64,000 nt of DNA. It comes from Nitrospinota bacterium. Its GTDB lineage: Bacteria > UBA8248. Of this stretch, positions 20,511 to 30,816 are shown piece by piece. Where the stretch lies: positions 1-64,000 of the forward strand of contig JASLZZ010000039.1 in the NCBI GenBank assembly GCA_030754595.1, given 5' to 3'. The translations under genes were made by a program, and so were the position numbers. The number at the start of each line of letters is the position of its first letter. The stretch's first letter is position 1. The notes under the pieces are model-generated. The model was not told the DNA's origin, did not search any database, and saw only the letters and a list, made by a program, of their open reading frames with translations.

Positions 20511-21160
20511 TTTTCCGCGCCTGCCGGGCGGCGGCCGACCTCGCGGGCAAGCGCGTTCAGCGCCGCCGCCGCGATAGCGCTACCCCCCCGCCTCCCGGTC
20601 AGGGTAATGAAGGGAACGCCGCCGCCCCGGGCGATTAAGGCCTCCTTCGATTCGGCCGCCCCGACGAACCCGACTGGAAAGCCGAGTATCAGCGCCGGGG
20701 GGGGGAGTCCCTCGTCCATCATTTCAAGAAGCCGGAACAGTGCCGTGGGAGCGTTCCCGATGACTACGGCTGAGCCCGGGAGAAGATCGGCGCAAAGCGC
20801 CATTCCTGCGGCGGATCGGGTATTGCCGATGGCACGGGCGTGGCTCGAGGTATCCTTCGCGGATAGCGGGCAAATCACCCGGTTTTCGGCGGGGAGAAAC
20901 CGCCTGGTTATTCCTCTCTCGACCATTTCGCTGTCGCACACGACCGGGGCTCCGCTCTTGAGGGCGAGGACACCGGCCTCGGCGGCGCCTCCGGACGCCT
21001 TGATCGAGGGAACGATGTCCACCATCCCGCAGGCGTGGATCATCCGTGTGATCACGGCGCACATCGCCTCGCCGTGGCCGGAGAGATCCACCTCGGCTCC
21101 GATGATGGAGAGCGAGTTTTCGAAAATCTCCTCCGGGTCGCGGCAATAATCAATCGTCAT
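20507..21160 (-). CDS. cobH: Precorrin-8X methylmutase (CobH/CbiC)
   Basis: RMIHACG, TRSAA, IGNAPTALF, PVGFVGAAESKEAL, GRRGGS. Confidence 0.95.
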   Translation of the reverse strand: MTIDYCRDPEEIFENSLSIIGAEVDLSGHGEAMCAVITRMIHACGMVDIVPSIKASGGAAEAGVLALKSGAPVVCDSEMVERGITRRFLPAENRVICPLSAKDTSSHARAIGNTRSAAGMALCADLLPGSAVVIGNAPTALFRLLEMMDEGLPPPALILGFPVGFVGAAESKEALIARGGGVPFITLTGRRGGSAIAAAALNALAREVGRRPAGAEK

Positions 21161-21174
21161 TCGGTCTGCCTCGG

Positions 21175-22227
21175 CTAGTCCTTCATGCTCTTGGGGCCCA
21201 GCGGGTGATCAGCATGGGGGTAGGGGTGATGATGGTGGCCATGAGCATGGTCACCATCATGGCCGTGCTCCTCGTCGTGATCATGGTCGTGGTCATGCCC
21301 GTGCGCGGGAGCATGGTGGTGATGTCCTCCGTCGGACTTCTCCGGTACGCCGGTCCCGATGCCCTCGACGTGGTGGTGGTGGCTCTCCTGAATCTCTCCG
21401 ACCTGATCTTCGAACCCCAGGAACTGCTCGCGGTACTTGCAGAGTTGGCAGTTCATGTTGTTCACGCCGTCGAGAATTTCCTGAACGCGGTCGGCGAAAC
21501 TGTCCAGAACAAGGGGATGGTCGTTGAGATAACCGGCCTTGATGAATTCGATTTCGGGATGGCGCGCTGCGACGCGGTCGGTGTGGTCGTAGATGCGCTG
21601 GACCAAAATCCCGGTGAAAAGAAAATAAGGGAAAACAATGATTCGCTTGTATCCGAGTTTCGCTGCCTGCTCCAGGCCCGGTTCGACGAGCGGGAACGTC
21701 ACGCCCGAATAGCACACCTCCCCCCAGCCGAAACCCAGGCCCTCCCACAGCATGCGCATCACTTTGGAAACATTGGAGTTAGCGTCCGGGTCCGAGGCGC
21801 CCCTCCCCGCCACCACCAGCAAGGTCTCGTGCCTCGAGACGCCCGGCGAGGCCTTTTGAACGGCCTCCTCGATTCGAGCGCCAGCCGCCCGGATCAACTT
21901 CAGGTCGATTCCGAGTTCGCGGCCGTAATCGATCCGGATTCCCTCGTGAGTGGCCTGGTAGCGGTTCAGGACGGAGGGGATATCGTTTTTCGCGTGTCCG
22001 GCGGCGAAAAGCATCCCCGGAACGGCGAGAACGCGGTCCACCCCTTTTTCGATCAAGGCGTCGAGCCCGTCGCGGATGATCGGGGTGGCGAACTCGAGAA
22101 ATCCCCATTCAGTGTCCATATGAGGAATTCTTTCCCTGAGGCCCTCGGCCACGGATTGAAATTCGACAACGGCCCGCTCGTCCCGGCTGCCGTGGCCGCA
22201 AACCATCACCCCCAGTTTCTCGCTCAT
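21175..22227 (-). CDS. cbiX: Sirohydrochlorin cobaltochelatase, long form with Cys motif and His-rich tail
   Basis: GHGSRD, FLEF, LFAAGHAKNDIP, GRGASDPDAN, MNCQLC motif, C-terminal poly-His/HD repeats. Confidence 0.92.
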   Translation of the reverse strand: MSEKLGVMVCGHGSRDERAVVEFQSVAEGLRERIPHMDTEWGFLEFATPIIRDGLDALIEKGVDRVLAVPGMLFAAGHAKNDIPSVLNRYQATHEGIRIDYGRELGIDLKLIRAAGARIEEAVQKASPGVSRHETLLVVAGRGASDPDANSNVSKVMRMLWEGLGFGWGEVCYSGVTFPLVEPGLEQAAKLGYKRIIVFPYFLFTGILVQRIYDHTDRVAARHPEIEFIKAGYLNDHPLVLDSFADRVQEILDGVNNMNCQLCKYREQFLGFEDQVGEIQESHHHHVEGIGTGVPEKSDGGHHHHAPAHGHDHDHDHDEEHGHDGDHAHGHHHHPYPHADHPLGPKSMKD

Positions 22228-22266
22228 TTTCGCTTTGCCCTTTATGCTGTAAAAAATCGTATTGGA

Positions 22267-22863
22267 TTAAAACTCAACTCCCTTTTGCGCCTTGATGCCG
22301 GCGCGGTAGGGGTGCTTGACCATTTTCATCTCGGTCACGAGGTCGGCCAGTTCGATCAATTCGTCCTTCGCCCCCCGGCCGGTGAGGACGACGTGGAGCA
22401 TCTCCCGTTTGTTGTTAAGCGCCTCGATAACCACATCCAGTTGAAGCTGACCCAGCCGGACGGCCACGTTGATCTCGTCGAGAACGACCATTCCGATGTC
22501 GGGGCGGTCCATCAGTTCCCGTGATCTCTCCCACGCCTTCTCGGCTGCCCGCCGGTCAAGGTCCTGGTCCTGGGTGATCCAGGAAAAACCCTCGCCCATC
22601 CGGTGCCACTCCACCGCGTCCCCGAAGGATTTGAACACCTCGGTCTCGCCGGAGGGTATTGAGCCCTTCACGAACTGAACGACCCCGGCCCGGAGGCCGT
22701 GGTGAACGGCGCGGAGGAGCATCCCGAAGGCGGCGGTGCTTTTTCCTTTTCCGGAGCCCGTGTGGACAATGATCAGCCCTTTCTCCCCGGTGGCGGCCGC
22801 CTGGCGCTTCTCGTAGGATTTATTGATGCGTTCGGCTTTTTCCTTATAATTTTCATCGCTCAT
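22267..22863 (-). CDS. cobO: Cob(I)yrinic acid a,c-diamide adenosyltransferase (CobO/BtuR)
   Basis: HTGSGKGKSTAAFG, VQFVKG, LDEIN, LTGRGA, ADLVTEM-VKHP-GIKAQKGVEF. Confidence 0.95.
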   Translation of the reverse strand: MSDENYKEKAERINKSYEKRQAAATGEKGLIIVHTGSGKGKSTAAFGMLLRAVHHGLRAGVVQFVKGSIPSGETEVFKSFGDAVEWHRMGEGFSWITQDQDLDRRAAEKAWERSRELMDRPDIGMVVLDEINVAVRLGQLQLDVVIEALNNKREMLHVVLTGRGAKDELIELADLVTEMKMVKHPYRAGIKAQKGVEF

Positions 22864-22903
22864 GGCGAAGTCTCCGCTTTAATGGTTTCACCGGCCGCCC
22901 ACG

Positions 22904-24754
22904 CTAGGCGGCGTCCAGGAGCCGCCTGATTTTTCCGGGCCGCAGTTCCTCGAGCGATACGCAGGGGAAGTCCCAGCGGTTTGCCCAATTCCGCATCATT
23001 CCCAAGCGGGTATATCCCTCTTCGGTATCGACGAGAAGAAGGTTCGCCCCCGTCCGTCCGAAGTGGTGGAGTTCTCTCTCCGCCGATTGGACGGGGGGCG
23101 AGCCGCCGAGGCCCGCTGTCGGGCGTCCGTCCGAGACGAGAATGATCGAAGACACAAGGCCCGGCCGCCTTCGGCAGGAGAGGGCGAGCGTCTCGCGGGC
23201 CAGCCGAAGACCCTGGGCGAGCGGGGTTTTTCCGCCCACCGGAAGATGGCGGATTCTCTCCTGGACCCGGCGGACGCTTCGCGTGGGCGGAAGGGCGAGG
23301 CGCGCCTCCCGTCCCTGAAGGACGATCAGGCCCACCTCGTCGCGTTTCTGGTAAGCCTCGTCCAGAAGTCCCAGCAGCACCCCCTTCGTCGCCTCCATCC
23401 GGCGGCGCGCGCCCATCGAGCGGCTGGCGTCGAGGACGAAAAGAAAAAGGCGGCGATAGGAGGGTTTTCGTATCTTGGCCCTGAAATCCTCGGGGCGAAT
23501 CCTGAGCACAGTATCGCCCGGAATTTCTTTTTCTCCCCGTAGAGCGGCTGCGCGCAGGGTGGCGTCGAGGGCAAGGTCCGGCCCTTTTTCCCTGATTATC
23601 CGGGCGCGGACATAGGGCCCTTGCCGGGAGCCGGACTGCTCAGTCCCTACACTGCCGCCCGGGCTGGTTTGCCGGCGGTTCGCGCTGGCTTCCGGCTTGG
23701 GGATGTGAAGGGAGTCCTCCGGCCGGGGTTGGAACTGGCTGAGGCCGTCCTGGGGCCGGGGGTTTGAGTTCTCGGGACGCTCCTTGGGACGGGGCGGTGG
23801 AGGCGGCGGCGGTGGAGGCGGCTCCGGCGGGTCGCACCTGCGGTGGGCCAGCGCGAACTCCATCACGCGTTCGACATCCTCCGCCCCTGCGGTGGATTGC
23901 TCTTCCCAGGCAGCGTGGGCCATCGCGGCCTTTCGGATGATGATGTCGGCCCGCATTCCTTCGACATGCTCCCGGCAGCAGAGCAAGGAGATCTCCGACG
24001 CGGTTTCATCCGGTATCCGGACCTCGGGGAGAATCGCTCTTGCCCGGAGAACCCGCTCCCCGAGGGCCGTCTGCTCCCCGGCCCATTCGCGGGCGAATCC
24101 CGCCGGATCGGCCTCGAAGGCAATCGCTCTCCGGACGACCTCGCTCCGCTCCGCCGGGTCGGCGAGGTTGTGCACTCCCACCGAGAGGCCGAAGCGGTCA
24201 AGGAGTTGCGGGCGAAGCTCGCCCTCCTCGGGGTTCATCGTTCCGACCAGGATGAATCGCGCCGGATGATGAACGGAGATTCCCTCACGCTCGACCCGGT
24301 TAACCCCGCTCACGGCGACATCGAGCAAAATGTCCACCAGGTGATCGGGAAGGAGGTTCACTTCATCTACATAAAGGATGCCGCCGTTGACCCGCGCGAG
24401 GAGGCCAGGGTCGAATTGTTTTTCTCCCCGCCGGATGGCTTTTTCGAGATCGATGGTGCCGAGGACGCGGTCCTCGGTCGCGCCGAGGGGAAGCGAGACG
24501 AAGGGGGTGGGCATCTCCCCGATCTGGACGTCCTCGCACTCTTCGCAGAGATCCTCCGGGGCGCAGGAGTAGGGGCAGTTGCCGTTGCCCCGGATCGGCG
24601 GGAGGAGATCGGCCAGCCCGCGGGAGGCGCTGGATTTGCCCGAGCCCTTGACGCCCGAGATCAGAACCCCGCCGATGTTCGGATTCACCCCGTTCAGGAT
24701 GAGGGCGAGCTTCATCCGCTCCTGGCCCACGATGGCGGAAAACGGATAGTGCAT
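22904..24754 (-). CDS. ChlI/ChlD-type AAA+ ATPase with Pro-rich linker and VWA domain; probable cobaltochelatase partner of CobN
   Basis: YPFSAIVGQE, GVKGSGKS, LYVDEVNLL, MNPEEGELRPQLLDRFG, poly-Pro linker, MIDAS DASRSM, GGKTPL; start overlaps cobN stop. Confidence 0.9.
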   Translation of the reverse strand: MHYPFSAIVGQERMKLALILNGVNPNIGGVLISGVKGSGKSSASRGLADLLPPIRGNGNCPYSCAPEDLCEECEDVQIGEMPTPFVSLPLGATEDRVLGTIDLEKAIRRGEKQFDPGLLARVNGGILYVDEVNLLPDHLVDILLDVAVSGVNRVEREGISVHHPARFILVGTMNPEEGELRPQLLDRFGLSVGVHNLADPAERSEVVRRAIAFEADPAGFAREWAGEQTALGERVLRARAILPEVRIPDETASEISLLCCREHVEGMRADIIIRKAAMAHAAWEEQSTAGAEDVERVMEFALAHRRCDPPEPPPPPPPPPPRPKERPENSNPRPQDGLSQFQPRPEDSLHIPKPEASANRRQTSPGGSVGTEQSGSRQGPYVRARIIREKGPDLALDATLRAAALRGEKEIPGDTVLRIRPEDFRAKIRKPSYRRLFLFVLDASRSMGARRRMEATKGVLLGLLDEAYQKRDEVGLIVLQGREARLALPPTRSVRRVQERIRHLPVGGKTPLAQGLRLARETLALSCRRRPGLVSSIILVSDGRPTAGLGGSPPVQSAERELHHFGRTGANLLLVDTEEGYTRLGMMRNWANRWDFPCVSLEELRPGKIRRLLDAA

Positions 24755-27700
24755 CAGTCCATCACCTCCAGCCCGGCTTCGTTTTCGAGGTAAATTTCCT
24801 TGAGCCGATCCACGGTCTCCTCCGGCGGCGACTCCCAGTAGCCTCGCTCTTGCGCCTCTAAGAGGCGCTCGACCATGCCGCGTAGCGCCCAGGGGTTCTT
24901 CTCCTTGAGAAATTCCCGGACCCGGTCGTCGAGAATATAGGTTTCAGTGACCTTCTCATACATATAGGAATCGATCACATGGGCGGTGACATCGTAGCCG
25001 AACAGATAATCCACGGTGGCGGCCAGCTCGAAGGCACCCCGGTAACCGTGCCGCTGGATGGATTCGATCCACTTCGGGTTCACCACCCGGGAGCGGAAGA
25101 CGCGGACGACCTCCTCCCTCAGATCGCGGGTCTTCACCCGTTCGGGCTTCGAGGTGTCGCCGAAGTAGGCCTTGGGATTCTGGCCGGTCATCGCCCGGAC
25201 AGAGGCGATCATCCCCCCGTGGAACTGAAAGTAATCGTCGCTGTCGAAAATATCGTGCTCCCGGTTGTCCTGGTTCTGAACGGCCACGTTCACCCCCGAG
25301 AGGCGCTGGCGGAACGCCTGAAACGCCGGGACGCCGGGAGCGCCGCGGCCGTAAGCGTAGCCCCCCCAGGCGACATAAACGTCGGCGAGGTCCTTGTCCG
25401 TCGTCCAGTTGCGTTCGTCTAACAGGTTGAGGAGGCCAGCGCCGTAGCTGCCCGGTTTGGAGCCGAAGACTCTATAGGCAGCTCTCTCGGGGTCGCTGCC
25501 GCGCCCGATTTCGGCGGCGATGTTCTCCCGGACGAAATTCATCCCCTCCGGCTCATCGAGCCCCGCGACCGCCCGCACGGCTTCGTCGATCATCTCGACG
25601 ACGTTCGGGAAAGCGTCCCGGAAAAAACCGCTGATGCGCACTAACACGTCGATTCTCGGCCGTCCGAGCTCTTCTAGAGGGATAACCTCGATGCCGGTGA
25701 TGCGGCGGTTGATTCCCTGCCGGACCGGCCGTACCCCGAGAAGATGAAGGATTTCCCCGATATCGTCCCCGCCGGTGCGCATGTTCGAGGTTCCCCAAAC
25801 GACCATGCCGATCGAGCGAGGGTAGTCTCTCGTTTCGTCAAGATAGCGCTGCAACACCCCCTCGGCGGCGTGGCGGCCGACCTCGCAGGCCGTCTGAGTC
25901 GGGATTGCCCGAGTATCCACGGAGAAAAAATTTCGACCGGTGGGCAGGATGTTCGCCATACCTCTTGTGGGCGCGCCGCTCGGCCCGGCGGGCACGAAGC
26001 GGCCATCGAGAGCGACGAGGATGTTCGAAATTTCATCGGGGACCCGTTCGAGGCGCGGGAGTACATCGCCCTTCAGGAAGTTCAGCGTCTCCCGCGATTT
26101 CGGTCCCGGAGCGTGGTTGGTTTTCACCGCGCCTCTGGCCTGAAGCTCGAGATATCCGATGAGGTCTCCCGCCGTTCGGCAGAGGGGGTGATCGACGCTC
26201 CTCGCCGGGTCGGCGATTAGCGCTTCGTAATCGAGCCCGAGGTCGTCCGCTATCGCCGCCGGAAGGCCACGGACACCGGATTGATCGATCCGAACGAGGG
26301 AGACGAGAAGGTCGGTGAGGCTGTCCTCCTCGGGAAGGGCCCCGAGGATATGAAGCCCGTCCCGAATCTGGGATTCCTTGATTTCGCACAGGTAGCCGTC
26401 GAAATCCTCGATGAAGCCCTCGACCTCATCCTCCGCGGGTGGCCGCTCGTAGGCGAGGTCGCGGTATATCTGGCTTTCCTCGAGAAGTTGGATGATTTTC
26501 TCGGAGATCAGAGGGCATTTCGACGGGTCGAGGGTGAGGGCGTCGGCGTACTCGTCCGCCAGATGCTCGAGCTTGATCAGGTCGCCGTAGGACTCCGCGC
26601 GGGTCATTGCCGGAATCATGTGATCGACGATGACGGCGTGTGCGCGGCGCTTGGCCTGGGTGCCCTCGCCCGGATTGTTGATGATGTAGGGATAGATATT
26701 GGGGATCGACCCCAGCGCGATTTCGGGAAAACAGCTCTCGCTCAGCCCGATTCCCTTTCCGGGGAGCCATTCGAGGTTGCCGTGCTTGCCTACGTGGATG
26801 ACGGCGTGTGCTCCGAAGGTTTCGGTAATCCACTGGTAGTAGCCCAGGTAAAAATGGGTGGGGGGAAGATCGGGGCTGTGATAGATGGCGCTGGTATCCA
26901 CCCCGAAGCCCCGCGAGGGCTGGATGCCGACGAATGCGTTGCCGAGCCGGAGGCCCGGAATCGCCATGCCGCCTTCGGCCATCATATAGTTCCCCGGCGG
27001 CACGCCCCACTGGCCGGACATTTCTTCCCGTCGGACGGCGGGCATCCGATCGAACCGCTCGGCATAGGCTGCCGGGGGTAGTTTGTCCGGCGTCGCGCCG
27101 AGGTTTTCGGGGGTCTGGAACTCCTCGTCCTGGGTGCACCCCGCGAGAAGGGCCTGGATAAGCTCATCGCCGTTTTCGGGAATGGCCCCCAGGTCGTAAC
27201 CCGCTCCCTTGAGCGCCCGGAGGAGCCGGACCACGCTCTCGGGGGTGTCGAGCCCGACCCCGTTACCAACGCGGGCGTTCCGGGTGGGGTAATTGTTGAA
27301 AAGAACGGCGATGCGTTTTTCGCTGTTTCCCGTCCCGCGAAGGGTGCACCAGGATTTGGCGAGCCGGGCCACCTGGGTCACGCGGTCGGGAAGCGAGACG
27401 TTTCGCCGGAGCTCGGCGCCGATGGTTTGATCCCGGTTGCCCTCTTCCTTGAAGGAAATCGGAACCGAGATGATCCGGCCGTCGAACTCCGGGAGGGCGA
27501 CGTGCATCGCCACGTCGCGCGGGCTGAGCCCCGCGTCCGAACCGCTCCATTCCGTCAGCGTAGAGCCGCTCATCACGGCCTGAATTACCGGGCAGGCGAG
27601 CCCGTGGGGGGAGCTGAAGGCGAGGGTCGAGATCAGGACGACGGCGTCCATCAAGAAGTCGCGTACGGCGAGCGGGGTTCCCCTCTCGTCCGCCTCTTTA

Positions 27701-28365
27701 AGCGACTCGCAAAACACCGGGCGGCAGCGGCAGCCCAGCCCCTGAATCTCCCCCGCCAGGGCGTCAATCGCCTGTAAATTTCCCGAAAGCCAGTGCGCCC
27801 GGTAAAAGAGAAGGCCTACGACCGGCGCCCCCTGGGGAGGGTGGGGAAGCCCCGGCGGCTCGTAGACGCCGCGCTCGGGGGTGGGTTCTGCGGAGTCATG
27901 CCCAAACCCCGTCAACAGAAACCGGTCTGAGAGGTAGCGAAGGAGTTGCTCGTAGTTGGGCACCCCCCCGTGAACGAAATATTCGAGCGCGGTGGTGAGG
28001 GTGGAGAGCGGAACCGATGCGAGGGCCGTCAACTCGGGGTCTACCTCGCGCCCCCCGGCCAAGGCGAGAAACGCCGTTCCGTTTTCCCGGCAGGCGCGGG
28101 ATAGCTTCTCGAATCCTTCGGGAAAGTAGGCCCGCCCGCCGAGAATCCGGGCCACGACGGCTTTCGCTCCGGGGACAACCTCGGCAGTGAATCGCTCGAG
28201 GGCCTCGTGCTCCGAAAGTTCGCGGAGATGGACTGCCCGGACGGAGGTGAAGCCCTTGGGCATCCGGGCCCGGGCGAGCGCGATGCCCAGGATTTCAGTG
28301 TCCGCGGCGGTGATGAATACGATGTCGCCTTGGGCCGATTTCATATCCGATTTAACTCCCTTCAT
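24754..28365 (-). CDS. cobN: Cobaltochelatase subunit CobN
   Basis: PEFDGRI, GNGVGLDTP, HVGKHGNLEWLPGK, PGEGTQAKRR, LPTGRNF, QNQDNREHDIFDSDDYFQFHGG; about 1200 aa. Confidence 0.96.
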   Translation of the reverse strand: MKGVKSDMKSAQGDIVFITAADTEILGIALARARMPKGFTSVRAVHLRELSEHEALERFTAEVVPGAKAVVARILGGRAYFPEGFEKLSRACRENGTAFLALAGGREVDPELTALASVPLSTLTTALEYFVHGGVPNYEQLLRYLSDRFLLTGFGHDSAEPTPERGVYEPPGLPHPPQGAPVVGLLFYRAHWLSGNLQAIDALAGEIQGLGCRCRPVFCESLKEADERGTPLAVRDFLMDAVVLISTLAFSSPHGLACPVIQAVMSGSTLTEWSGSDAGLSPRDVAMHVALPEFDGRIISVPISFKEEGNRDQTIGAELRRNVSLPDRVTQVARLAKSWCTLRGTGNSEKRIAVLFNNYPTRNARVGNGVGLDTPESVVRLLRALKGAGYDLGAIPENGDELIQALLAGCTQDEEFQTPENLGATPDKLPPAAYAERFDRMPAVRREEMSGQWGVPPGNYMMAEGGMAIPGLRLGNAFVGIQPSRGFGVDTSAIYHSPDLPPTHFYLGYYQWITETFGAHAVIHVGKHGNLEWLPGKGIGLSESCFPEIALGSIPNIYPYIINNPGEGTQAKRRAHAVIVDHMIPAMTRAESYGDLIKLEHLADEYADALTLDPSKCPLISEKIIQLLEESQIYRDLAYERPPAEDEVEGFIEDFDGYLCEIKESQIRDGLHILGALPEEDSLTDLLVSLVRIDQSGVRGLPAAIADDLGLDYEALIADPARSVDHPLCRTAGDLIGYLELQARGAVKTNHAPGPKSRETLNFLKGDVLPRLERVPDEISNILVALDGRFVPAGPSGAPTRGMANILPTGRNFFSVDTRAIPTQTACEVGRHAAEGVLQRYLDETRDYPRSIGMVVWGTSNMRTGGDDIGEILHLLGVRPVRQGINRRITGIEVIPLEELGRPRIDVLVRISGFFRDAFPNVVEMIDEAVRAVAGLDEPEGMNFVRENIAAEIGRGSDPERAAYRVFGSKPGSYGAGLLNLLDERNWTTDKDLADVYVAWGGYAYGRGAPGVPAFQAFRQRLSGVNVAVQNQDNREHDIFDSDDYFQFHGGMIASVRAMTGQNPKAYFGDTSKPERVKTRDLREEVVRVFRSRVVNPKWIESIQRHGYRGAFELAATVDYLFGYDVTAHVIDSYMYEKVTETYILDDRVREFLKEKNPWALRGMVERLLEAQERGYWESPPEETVDRLKEIYLENEAGLEVMD

Positions 28366-28375
28366 CCTTGAAAAA

Positions 28376-29332
28376 TCAGGAAATGAGCAACAGGAACGCT
28401 CTCATCCCCGAGAAAAATACGAATCCGAGGGCGGTTGAGGCGTACAACCACAAGACGGCGCGGCGGATGTCGCCGGGCTCGGGTTCGCGGAGCATGTCGC
28501 CTAGGTGCGGGCGCGCTTCTGGAACCCCCCGGTAGAGATTGGTGCCCCCTACCTGAATCCCCAGGGCGCCGGCCAGGGCGGCCTCGCTGATCGCGGCGTT
28601 GGGGCTCGGGCTCTTCCCGCCGTCCCGCACCGAGATGCGCCAGCATTCCGCGGGGCTCAGGCCACAAACGAAGGCCGCCGCCGGGTAGAGAAGGCGGGCC
28701 AGCCGGGCCGGGACGAAATTCAGTGCATCGTCGAGCCGGGCCGCCGCCCATCCGAATTTCAGGTACTCCTCCGAACGGTGACCGAGCATCGAGTCCAGCG
28801 TGTTCGCCGCCTTGTAGGCCATCGCCAGCGGGGGGCCGCCGAGCGCCGCGAAAAACAAGGGGGACAAAACGCCGTCCACCGTCCCCTCGGCGACCGATTC
28901 CACTGTGGCCCTCACCATCTCTTTTTCGCCGAGGTGCGCGGTGTCCCGCCCGACGATCAGGGCGAGGCGCCGCCGGGCGTCCTGGATATTTTTCTCCTTC
29001 AGGGCGCGAAAGACTTTTGATCCATGCCGGTCGAGGTCCCGCGCGGCGAGTGAGGCGTAAAGAAAATAAACGCTCAACCCCGCCGCCAAGCGGCCGTCGA
29101 TTTGTCCGGCGGTGAATAACATCGCCCATGCCGCGAGATACGCTCCGCCGACCACCAACGCCGTCAGGCAGGCCCCCGGCAGGCGGCCCCGGCCGAACCG
29201 CCGGGTGAGGGCGCCCTCGAGTGCGACGGCCGCTTTTCCGATGAGGCGGACGGGGTGGGGCATCCACCTCGGGTCGCCCGCGACGAGGTCGATCGCCAGG
29301 GCAATGGCGATCCAGAAAATTAGCTCGTCCAT
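28376..29332 (-). CDS. cbiB: Adenosylcobinamide-phosphate synthase
   Basis: GDPRWMPHPV, IVGRDT, ESVAEGTVDG, YKAANTLDSM, ARLDDALNFVPAR, SPNA. Confidence 0.95.
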   Translation of the reverse strand: MDELIFWIAIALAIDLVAGDPRWMPHPVRLIGKAAVALEGALTRRFGRGRLPGACLTALVVGGAYLAAWAMLFTAGQIDGRLAAGLSVYFLYASLAARDLDRHGSKVFRALKEKNIQDARRRLALIVGRDTAHLGEKEMVRATVESVAEGTVDGVLSPLFFAALGGPPLAMAYKAANTLDSMLGHRSEEYLKFGWAAARLDDALNFVPARLARLLYPAAAFVCGLSPAECWRISVRDGGKSPSPNAAISEAALAGALGIQVGGTNLYRGVPEARPHLGDMLREPEPGDIRRAVLWLYASTALGFVFFSGMRAFLLLIS

Positions 29333-30816
29333 TTCCTGCTCATGACGGTTTCGAGGATGGCATCGACGTCCAGCGCCGCCCGGGCCCGGTCTGCCAGCCG
29401 GTCGAGATCCGACTCGAGGTCGATGCTGGCCGCCGCCGCGACGGGTTTCATTCCTTTTTCGGCCCGCAGGCGGTTGATGAAGTGTCTGCGGAAGGCGGGG
29501 CTGTCAAAAACGCCGTGGATATAAGTTCCCCAGACGCGGCCTCCCGTAGCCGAGGCGCCGTCCATGTCCCGCGTCTTGCTTCCAAGGCGTTCTGTGAGCT
29601 GAAATGCGGGCCGCTCCCCCCCCCGTGTCTCGCCCATGTGAATTTCATATCCATCGACCTCGGCCCCGCTCTCGATGTGAATCGCGCGGACCCGGGCGGT
29701 TCGTTTCCTCTCGTTGAAAACGGTTTCGGTGGGCAGAAGTCCGAGGCCCTCCTCCTCGGCGGCGTCCGATTCTATGCGGGAGGGGTCGCTGATGCGCCGG
29801 CCCATCATCTGATAGCCGCCGCAAATTCCGGCGATGGTCGCCCCGCGCTCCCGGCAGTGTGATACGAAGGCGGCGAATCCGGTCTCCTTGAGCCGCCGCA
29901 GGTCGGGGATCGTGCTCTTCGTCCCCGGAATAAGAATAGCGTCGGGAATCTCCACTGCGGGGCTATCCAGGTAGCGAAGGGAGACGTCCGGCTCGGCCTC
30001 GAGGGCGTCGAAGTCGGTGAAGTTGGCGATGCGCGGGTGGCGGATCACGTCGATCCGCACGCGGTCGTTGCCCGCCGCACCGATTTGATTCCGCTCGGGA
30101 ATGCGATCTTCCTCGGGAAGGCGGATGTCCCCGAAATAGGGGACCACGCCGAAGACGCGACGCTTGGTTTCTTTTTCAAGGTAATCGAGACCGGGCCGGA
30201 GGATGTCCATGTCCCCCCGGAACTTGTTGATCACGAACCCGAGCACGCGGGCGCGCTCCTCCTCGAGGAGGAGGTGCATCGTGCCGATGAGCTGGGCGAA
30301 CACCCCGCCGAAATCGATGTCGCCGACGAGGATGACCGGCGCGCCGGCCAGGGCGGCCACGCTCATGTTGGCGATATCGTTCTTGTGCAGGTTAATCTCC
30401 GCCGGGCTGCCCGCTCCCTCGATGACGACGAGTTCGTGTCTCTCCCGGAGGCTGTCCAGGCACTCGAGGAGGGCCGGGCGGAGTGTGGGCTTGAAGCGCT
30501 CGTACTCTTTCGCCTTCATGACCCCGGCCGGGCGGCCCCGGACGATGACCTGCGCACCCTCGTCTGTGCAGGGCTTAAGGAGGACGGGGTTCATCTCCAC
30601 CGATGGCTCAAGGCCGCAGGCCGCGGCCTGGAGCGCCTGGGAGCGCGCGATCTCGCCGCCCGAGGCGCAGACGAAGGCGTTGTTCGACATGTTCTGGGAT
30701 TTGAACGGGGCGACGTCGATGCCTTCTTGCCGGAAAATTCGGCAAAGCGCCGCGGCGATGACGCTCTTGCCGACGTGGGAGCCGGTCCCTTGGATCATCA
30801 ACGATTGACCGGGCAT
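29320..30816 (-). CDS. cobQ: Cobyric acid synthase (CobQ/CbiP)
   Basis: MIQGTGSHVGKS, PFKSQNMSNN, MNPVLLKP, EGAGSPAEINL, ICGGYQM, GYEIHMG. Confidence 0.96.
   Translation of the reverse strand: MPGQSLMIQGTGSHVGKSVIAAALCRIFRQEGIDVAPFKSQNMSNNAFVCASGGEIARSQALQAAACGLEPSVEMNPVLLKPCTDEGAQVIVRGRPAGVMKAKEYERFKPTLRPALLECLDSLRERHELVVIEGAGSPAEINLHKNDIANMSVAALAGAPVILVGDIDFGGVFAQLIGTMHLLLEEERARVLGFVINKFRGDMDILRPGLDYLEKETKRRVFGVVPYFGDIRLPEEDRIPERNQIGAAGNDRVRIDVIRHPRIANFTDFDALEAEPDVSLRYLDSPAVEIPDAILIPGTKSTIPDLRRLKETGFAAFVSHCRERGATIAGICGGYQMMGRRISDPSRIESDAAEEEGLGLLPTETVFNERKRTARVRAIHIESGAEVDGYEIHMGETRGGERPAFQLTERLGSKTRDMDGASATGGRVWGTYIHGVFDSPAFRRHFINRLRAEKGMKPVAAAASIDLESDLDRLADRARAALDVDAILETVMSRKWTS

Noticed and set aside
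22904..24754. Magnesium chelatase / phototrophy
   Set aside because: The gene is coupled to cobN inside a cob operon, and no bch/chl genes are present.
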